From assembly GCA_023433705.1 (NCBI GenBank), contig JAEYUC010000051.1, forward strand, positions 18,968 through 82,967: a stretch of DNA of 64,000 bases, written 5' to 3'. The position numbers were made by a program, and so were the translations under genes. The notes under the pieces were generated by a model that was not told the origin of the DNA, did not search any database, and saw only the letters and a program-made list of their open reading frames with translations. The stretch is from Pseudomonadota bacterium. Its GTDB lineage: Bacteria; Pseudomonadota; Gammaproteobacteria; Steroidobacterales; Steroidobacteraceae. Shown one piece after another: positions 59,301-64,000 of the stretch (position 1 is its first letter; each line of letters starts with the position of its first letter).

Positions 59301-60547
59301 CGAGAGTGGCTGGAAGGACAATTCGCAGACTTCTTTTTGCCATCGGCAAAAATATTCTCGAGTGAACCGACTCTAGGAACATTGATCGATACATTTCGAA
59401 GTCGGGTGATGTCCGGATCGGAGGCGTTTGCCGGGCCGGCCGCCTTGGCGCTTGCAAGATGTTCAGACCTTCTTGCGTCGTCATCGACGTATGAGCTCTT
59501 GAATAGGGCGCACCATCGCGATCGGGCAACAATTACTGCCGGAGAAGTTCGGGCGGTCGACGGTCAGCTTAGGCATATACAGAATCTAGTTAGCCGAGCA
59601 CACGAAGAGCTGGAACTGTGGCTAAGTCGAGACCTAAACGCGCGTGGATCGGGACCTGCGCTCAGACAGACCTTGTCAGGAGAATTCAAGTCTAGGCCAT
59701 TTATTGTTCCCATAGTTCGCGACCTAGCAGCGTTTACCACAAGGACAATTGAGCACGACCCGCAGCTTGAAGAGGTTCCATTAACCGATGGTTGGTTCCG
59801 TGGAACAGGCCTCTTCCAGCTGGGTAGCAACAATTTCGGCTTCAGCGCCCCGAAACACAGCATTGCAATCGTTGAGCTGGAACCGAAGGAAATCCTTGAT
59901 AGTCGCCTTGTCATCGCGTTGGTTGATGGGAAGGTGTATGCACGCCGGCACATCCAAGATCAAAAGAATCCAAAGATGATCGCGCTAATCTCAGAGGCTG
60001 AGAATCCGCTGGAACGCGCGCCATCCATAGTTATACCTGCGCAGCAAGCACAGCTGCATAAGGTGGTTGGCATCCTCTTTGAAGATCGTGCGCCAGCCGT
60101 GCGAATAAAGGGCGATGCAGCTCAAATTCAACATTCGTCATTGTTGGATTCTGTGGAGGTTGCCTTCAAGGTTAGACAAGACAGCGCCCTTCCGTTGGCA
60201 ATTGAGGGACAGTTGGTCATTGGAGGTCGGCGCGTCGAGCCGCGCGAGATTTCGAACGCAGTAGGAAAGGTTGTTGCGGTGGCAACTACCGATGGCCAAC
60301 ATGCGCTAAAGCGCCTTGGCGACGAAGTCCCCGGTCTGGCGGGTGTGCACTACTTCGATTCAATTGGTGGGAAAGGTAATTCCCTGATTGCGCGAATTGC
60401 ACAATCGCCGCGGGTGGAGGAAGAGCGCCTAGCTATTCCCAAAATCGAATCGCTACGCATTATCCTCGGTGTGCTTTACGTTACAAGCTCCTGATATGCT
60501 TGACTCCCGAGTGCTGGGGCGCGGAAAACGGGTGTCAAAAGGCGCAG
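56301..60547. other. low-GC genomic island carrying a single giant ORF (no integrase, tRNA or IS visible)
   Basis: Hand counts of sampled 60-nt lines give 29/60 (line 57421) and 31/60 (line 58681) GC inside. Flanking lines give 45/60 (line 55501) and 41/60 (line 61021). Codon usage also shifts abruptly toward A/T-ending codons. Confidence 0.8.
56538..60494 (+). CDS. 1318-aa SMC/Rad50-like ABC ATPase with a CxxC hook, PrrC/RloC-like motifs and two C-terminal LexA/S24-like modules (hypothetical; candidate defence protein)
   Basis: The ATG at 56538 follows GGAGAGG. Walker A is GKNGSGKTS (56946-56972). A helical insert of roughly 600 aa contains CPVC (57984-57995). Walker B and downstream read SIFLLDDPQELFDPDN...PIVACNDDRF. 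LREWLE...LLNRAHH follows. The C-terminal modules are ...LVIALVDGKVYARRH... and ...VRQDSALPLAIEGQLVIGG...GQHALKRLG... Confidence 0.85.
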   Translation: MAEIEALPLHLHTLDSLSDDLLAGRKVLFADSAETGEIFVLSENERRVFSWYSQNRGKWAKNCLKEDVEAIAATLGNALPKTRDRQLRDGPKRVRHFHLLKIRAFRFGGLHLFGSAIADKPPVFEFACSSPMTLVQGKNGSGKTSLLNAITWCLTGHVFRPSSEPEPGAGPIEVSNSESEGQTWELAGVTPLPPRDALAGFPSRGVPLDTWVELILGTEDGAEYAVRRELTRTARGNVQEQITGLSELGLDPISLELGTKMPGLLPYIRLGTRPSELGKAIAQLTGLAPLRDLSKHASKAYEKLTAELPKERRADIAVVESTYLADQKKLDDLVKVHPLIAEKPILVPKPSDENAASQLDALQGQLDGLCAQLLEDVEGVLTTDFDPSVATDRAALANDLPLCRAACRPSNLLTLASVARISGLKGLEENQLGDAEKVIAELELQASELLELAKEPRAASRTRLYASVGSWMRNEKFTDSRHCPVCIGELGKAKDPITNVEIEKLLEEHRNGGRSHLSLTTDQWVNSARQRLKDALPTALAAELTSAKLVNPISQISDEMVDDLFRLECFSGPLKSLKAKLKDQARALAGKLPSFEVDGAAIPHIARLSSALAQMIEKVRAAIAAARWRRKNERECRIFYFGLVGRDKRQATEQQQEEIESPTEGTLLDILTALDRIVQSAGPAADAASLVRALSKSLNSRAALESRIETYIEASKAVKTLGGLGTLVDRQIEGLQTHLHEKTEQLRNAIYQSAYSNSASPKLNRTRVSNDGSLSLEVERNGTCAPAQIVGNASDLRATLLAFLFSFWLHVSKTRGGLSIFLLDDPQELFDPDNRRRVANGIPQLVKEGARPIVACNDDRFSEKLGSADGCDRREIKPAGKVCPVARVLPHEVSIDRKRHAFESPVNEEDHSIAQDYVGSLREWLEGQFADFFLPSAKIFSSEPTLGTLIDTFRSRVMSGSEAFAGPAALALARCSDLLASSSTYELLNRAHHRDRATITAGEVRAVDGQLRHIQNLVSRAHEELELWLSRDLNARGSGPALRQTLSGEFKSRPFIVPIVRDLAAFTTRTIEHDPQLEEVPLTDGWFRGTGLFQLGSNNFGFSAPKHSIAIVELEPKEILDSRLVIALVDGKVYARRHIQDQKNPKMIALISEAENPLERAPSIVIPAQQAQLHKVVGILFEDRAPAVRIKGDAAQIQHSSLLDSVEVAFKVRQDSALPLAIEGQLVIGGRRVEPREISNAVGKVVAVATTDGQHALKRLGDEVPGLAGVHYFDSIGGKGNSLIARIAQSPRVEEERLAIPKIESLRIILGVLYVTSS

Positions 60548-61696
60548 CTAGTCGTTCGAGCTTGAAGTCCCAGGCCGCACCGCCGGCAGCACGTGGCGAG
60601 TCAGGATATCGAACGGCAGGTCGGACGCCCGCGAGTTGTAGTTCGACGCGGTGAACGTCACGACGAGATCGAGCGCGGGAATCACGAAGATGTAGTTCCC
60701 GCCGTTGCCGGACGTGAAGAAACTCTCGACCGTGACTTCGGTGTGATGCGGGAACGAACGCTTCCACCACAGGAACCCATAACCATCGGAGCCCAGCCTG
60801 TTCACGGGCAACGCAGATTCGGCCACCCACGCGGCCGGGACCACCTGTGTTCCATTCCACTCGCCACCGGCCAGGTAAAGTTGCCCGAGCTTCGCGGCAT
60901 CGCGGGGCTTGAGCCGCAGGCCGCCGCCGCCGGTGGCGCGCCCGTCGGGCGACCGGCGCCAGATCGATTCGCGGATGCCGAGCGGATCGAATAGATAGGC
61001 CTGGGCGTAGGCGTCGAGCTCCATCCCGGACCGCAGCGATACGATGTGCCCGAGCAGGACGACGCCGCCGGTGCAGTACTGCGGCACGGAACCGGGCGTG
61101 AAAGGCGCAGGAAGGTCGAGCACGAAGCGGATCCAGTCCCTCGAGTCGTACATCCGCTCTTCCTGCCCCGGCGAGTTCGCCACCCAGTCATCACACGCGA
61201 GCCCGGAGCTCATGTTGAGCAGGTGGCGGATCGTGATCTCGCGTTTGCGGTCGCTCATGTTCTCGTGCCCGTCAAAGTTCGGGATGTGCCGGGACGCCGT
61301 GTCGTCCACGCCCAGCAGGCCCTGATCGATGGCGATCCCGACCAGCGCCGACGTGAAGCTCTTGCCCGTCGAACGCAGGTCGTGCAGCGAGTCGCGGCCG
61401 AAGCCGTTGAAATAGCCCTCCGCGACCAGGCGTCCGTGGCGCGCCACGACCATGGAATCCACGCGCCGATACTCGCCATCGCGGATACGGTTGAGGGCGG
61501 CGGACAGGGCGGCCGCATCGATGTCCTCGGCGACCGCGGTCGAGACGGTCCAGCCGTCACCGGTGTCCTCGGGCGTGATCGAAACCAGCGGCGGCAGGCC
61601 TGGATTCACATCGCGCGGCGGGTCGCTGCCGTCGTCTCCGAAGCGGCAAGCGGTGAGCAGCAGGGACAGGACGAGGACGAAAACCTTGTGACGCAT
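60548..61696 (-). CDS. serine hydrolase (beta-lactamase/PBP4-like family) lipoprotein
   Basis: Start at the internal Met (61696), MRHKVFVLVLSLLLTAC (lipobox). The SxxK motif is LRSTGKSF. Confidence 0.75.
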   Translation of the reverse strand: MRHKVFVLVLSLLLTACRFGDDGSDPPRDVNPGLPPLVSITPEDTGDGWTVSTAVAEDIDAAALSAALNRIRDGEYRRVDSMVVARHGRLVAEGYFNGFGRDSLHDLRSTGKSFTSALVGIAIDQGLLGVDDTASRHIPNFDGHENMSDRKREITIRHLLNMSSGLACDDWVANSPGQEERMYDSRDWIRFVLDLPAPFTPGSVPQYCTGGVVLLGHIVSLRSGMELDAYAQAYLFDPLGIRESIWRRSPDGRATGGGGLRLKPRDAAKLGQLYLAGGEWNGTQVVPAAWVAESALPVNRLGSDGYGFLWWKRSFPHHTEVTVESFFTSGNGGNYIFVIPALDLVVTFTASNYNSRASDLPFDILTRHVLPAVRPGTSSSND

Positions 61697-61811
61697 CGCG
61701 ACTCCACTTGCCTGTAGATGGACGAGAGTGGGTGGCCGACCGCGGCCGGAATCCTTCGCGGCGAGGATTCCCGCGAAGGATTCGGGTTGGCGGGGCACAC
61801 TAACCGCCCTG

Positions 61812-62414
61812 ATGAACGTCGCGGACCGCCAACTCGTCGACCGATTGCTGCAGGGCGACCGCGCGGCTTTCGACTCGTTCTTCAACGAGTACTACCCCAA
61901 GCTTTTCCGCTTCGTGAAACGCCGCATGCCGAACGACGTGGCGGCCGCGGAAGACGTGGCCCAGGCGACGTTGTGCCGCGCGCTCGAGAGCCTGCACGGC
62001 TACCGCGGCGAAGCGGCATTGTTCACCTGGCTCTGCACTTTGTGCCGGCGGGAGATGAGCGCGCGCTGGCAGGAAGCCCGCCAATGGAGCTCCGCGCCGC
62101 CGCTGGCCGAGGACGACCCGGCCGTGCGCGCGGCGCTCGAATCGTTGCTGGGCGAGCAGGCGGACCCCGTGAGCGCCGCCGATCGCGAGCAGGTGCGCGA
62201 GTCCATCAGGACGGCGCTCGACTATCTACCCGCTCCGTACGGCGACATCCTCGAGTGGAAATACCTGCGCGATCTCAGCATGGAGGAGATCGCGCGCCGG
62301 CTCGGCCGCTCGCCGAAAGCCGTCGAGTCGCTGCTCACGCGCGCCCGCGACGCCTTTCGCGAAACCTTCGCGATGTTGTCCGGCGGCGCGGCCGGCAAGG
62401 CGGTCTTGCCATGA
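61812..62414 (+). CDS. ECF-type RNA polymerase sigma-70 factor
   Basis: MNVADRQLVDRLLQGDRAAFDSFFNEYYPKLFRFVKRR... is region 2 and ...EWKYLRDLSMEEIARRLGRSPKAVESLLTRAR is region 4. Confidence 0.85.
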   Translation: MNVADRQLVDRLLQGDRAAFDSFFNEYYPKLFRFVKRRMPNDVAAAEDVAQATLCRALESLHGYRGEAALFTWLCTLCRREMSARWQEARQWSSAPPLAEDDPAVRAALESLLGEQADPVSAADREQVRESIRTALDYLPAPYGDILEWKYLRDLSMEEIARRLGRSPKAVESLLTRARDAFRETFAMLSGGAAGKAVLP

Positions 62415-63394
62415 GCTCACGGCACGAACGCTCCATCGAGGATCTGATTCGTCTCGGCGGCGAACGGGAGATGCCTTCCGCCGAAGGCATGGAACGCGCG
62501 CGCGCGGCGGCCGAAGAATCCTGGCGCCGGGGCTTCGAGCAGAGGTCGAAGTCATCCGGTTTCCGCTGGCGCATCCCGCTTGGGCTCGCCGCGGCTGCGG
62601 GAGCCAGCGCGCTCGCGCTGTGGCTCGGATTCACGCGAGCGCCGTCGTCCCCGTCGGTGACGGTTGCGCGCATCGTTGCCTTGCAAGGCGTGGCCGGCAT
62701 CGAGCACGGCAACCACGCTGCGCCCGCGGGAAAAGATTCCGTCGTGCCTTCGGGCGCGACACTGACGACGGCGAACGGACGCGTCGCGACCGCGCTCATC
62801 GACGGCGTTTCGCTGCGCCTCGATCGCGATTCACGAGTGCGCTTCGACGACGCCGATCGCGTGACCCTGATCGCGGGCACGGTGTACGTCGATTCGGGCG
62901 GCATCAACACGGGATCGGGACTCGTCATCGAGACGCCTGCCGGCGGCGTGGCTCACGTCGGTACGCAATTCCTGGTTTCGGTCGGCGGCGACGCGACGCG
63001 AGTGCGTGTGCGGGAAGGCCGCGTGTTGCTCGCGAACGCGGCCATCGCCGCGGGCGAAGAGCTCGAGGTGCGCGACGGCGCGCAGACCTGGCGACGCGGG
63101 CTGCCGTCGTTCGGAGCACCCTGGGAAGAATTCACCCACGTGGCGCCGACGCTCGACATCGAAGGCCGGCCGCTCGCGGAATTCCTCGCGTGGCTGGCGC
63201 GCGAGCACGGCTGGCGGCTGCGTTATTCGAGCGATGCGCTCCAGCAGCGGACACACGAGATCCGCCTGCACGGCTCCGTCGATGGCCTCGACACCGCGGC
63301 GATGCTGGAGCGGATGACGCTGGTGACCGGCCTCGTGATCGAGGCGCGAGACGGCGTGTTGTTCGTGGGCGAAAACGGGGGACCGGTGCGATGA
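62411..63394 (+). CDS. FecR-family anti-sigma factor / transmembrane sensor
   Basis: The ATG overlaps the sigma factor stop (ATGA). There is a single TM segment (RIPLGLAAAAGASALALWLGF). The periplasmic FecR domain reads ...RVTLIAGTVYVDS...VGTQFLV... Confidence 0.8.
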   Translation: MSSRHERSIEDLIRLGGEREMPSAEGMERARAAAEESWRRGFEQRSKSSGFRWRIPLGLAAAAGASALALWLGFTRAPSSPSVTVARIVALQGVAGIEHGNHAAPAGKDSVVPSGATLTTANGRVATALIDGVSLRLDRDSRVRFDDADRVTLIAGTVYVDSGGINTGSGLVIETPAGGVAHVGTQFLVSVGGDATRVRVREGRVLLANAAIAAGEELEVRDGAQTWRRGLPSFGAPWEEFTHVAPTLDIEGRPLAEFLAWLAREHGWRLRYSSDALQQRTHEIRLHGSVDGLDTAAMLERMTLVTGLVIEARDGVLFVGENGGPVR

Positions 63395-64000
63395 CGCCGG
63401 ACTGGGTGTCGCGCGCCTGGCCCACGTTGTGGCTGGCCACGCTGTGCGCGGCCGCGCCGGCCGTACCCGCCGAAGCCGACAGACCGGCGATCGTGAGCGG
63501 TGCGATACGCGCCGGCGAATCACTCGAGGCCGTGTTGTCCGCGCTCGACGCCCGGGGTTACACCATCGTGTACAGCAGCGCGCTCGTGCGCCCGGACATG
63601 AAATTGCTCGCGGCGCCGGCCGCGACAAACATCGAGGAACTGCTGCGCGAGATCCTCGCCCCCTGGAAGCTGCGTGCGGTGCGCGGCTCGAACGGCGACT
63701 GGCTCATCGCGAAGGACGCGACGCCCGCCGCGCCGATGACGCAGGCTGAACCCACGGAAAAGCTGGAAGACCTCGCCGTCGTCGATGTCACCGCTACGCG
63801 CATGCGCCTCGCCGTCGCGGGTGCGAGCGAAACCTTCCTCGATCGCAGAGACGTCGAGCGCCTGCCGCACCTGGCCGACGACGCGATGCGCATGCTCAAG
63901 GTGCTGCCCGGCGTATCCGGCGGCGACTTCAGCGCGGCGCTCAACATCCGCGGTGGTCGCCTCGACGAGGCATTGCTCACGATCGACGGCGCCGAGATCC
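63391..64000 (+). CDS. TonB-dependent receptor with an N-terminal STN signalling domain (FecA-like transducer), 5' part; runs off the window
   Basis: Absent from the ORF track because it is open-ended. My hand translation from ATG 63391 (ATGA overlap with fecR) is MTPDWVSRAWPTLWLATLCAAAPA...LEAVLSALDARGYTIVYSSALV...LPGVSGGDF...NIRGGRLDEALLTIDGAEI. Confidence 0.75.
   Translation, partial: MTPDWVSRAWPTLWLATLCAAAPAVPAEADRPAIVSGAIRAGESLEAVLSALDARGYTIVYSSALVRPDMKLLAAPAATNIEELLREILAPWKLRAVRGSNGDWLIAKDATPAAPMTQAEPTEKLEDLAVVDVTATRMRLAVAGASETFLDRRDVERLPHLADDAMRMLKVLPGVSGGDFSAALNIRGGRLDEALLTIDGAEI

Noticed and set aside
56481-59953. Minus-strand ORFs of 111-140 aa inside the giant island gene (56481..56870, 57430..57765, 58799..59221, 59164..59532, 59564..59953), considered as possible partner, antitoxin or immunity genes.
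   Set aside because: All lie fully antisense to the 1318-aa ORF. I see no RBS-like sequence, and the translations are Ser/Arg/Leu-rich without recognisable motifs. The island is best read as a single-gene unit.
56428-60530. A possible target-site duplication: CGAGTGTT (about 56430) on the left versus CGAGTGCT (about 60510) on the right of the island.
   Set aside because: It is only an imperfect 8-mer. The left copy lies about 130 nt inside the low-GC DNA rather than at the composition boundary. That is too weak to call.

Overview
High-GC (sampled lines about 65-75% GC) proteobacterial chromosome segment, gammaproteobacterium-like in gene content and order; I cannot name the organism. Bases 1-11532 hold a complete, conventionally ordered ribosomal block on the + strand: the 3' end of the S10 operon, then the spc and alpha operons (rplB fragment through rplQ, including secY, rpmJ and rpoA). 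A REP-associated tyrosine transposase (RAYT) bracketed by inverted REP copies follows, then mscL and pepQ. The rest is mixed housekeeping and accessory genes. These include ggt, several glycoside hydrolases (a clan GH-A-like enzyme, GH105-like, GH31 with a PA14 insert) and a non-phosphorylative L-fucose utilisation cluster. Also present are uvrA, zwf, a conserved envelope redox cluster of unknown function (TlpA-like thioredoxin, DUF4266, DUF3570, ApbE, cytochrome b), a Fiu/PiuC-like iron uptake pair and an ECF sigma/FecR/TonB-receptor signalling unit. The stand-out feature is a roughly 4.2 kb low-GC island (56301-60547; sampled lines about 48-52% GC) between piuC and a convergent serine hydrolase gene. 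It carries one 1318-aa ORF and no mobility genes. By eye this ORF is an SMC/Rad50-type ABC ATPase split by a long helical insert containing a CxxC hook. Its Walker B and downstream motifs resemble what I recall of the PrrC/RloC (AAA_13) family. An Rx3E...NxxHH region follows, and the protein ends in two tandem LexA/S24-peptidase-like modules; the last one keeps a Ser/Lys dyad. I propose it as a candidate single-gene, stress- or phage-sensing defence-type system. No database search was possible, so novelty and all domain assignments are recognition by eye. Many long antisense or out-of-frame ORFs in the supplied track are GC-driven artefacts and are not reported as genes.
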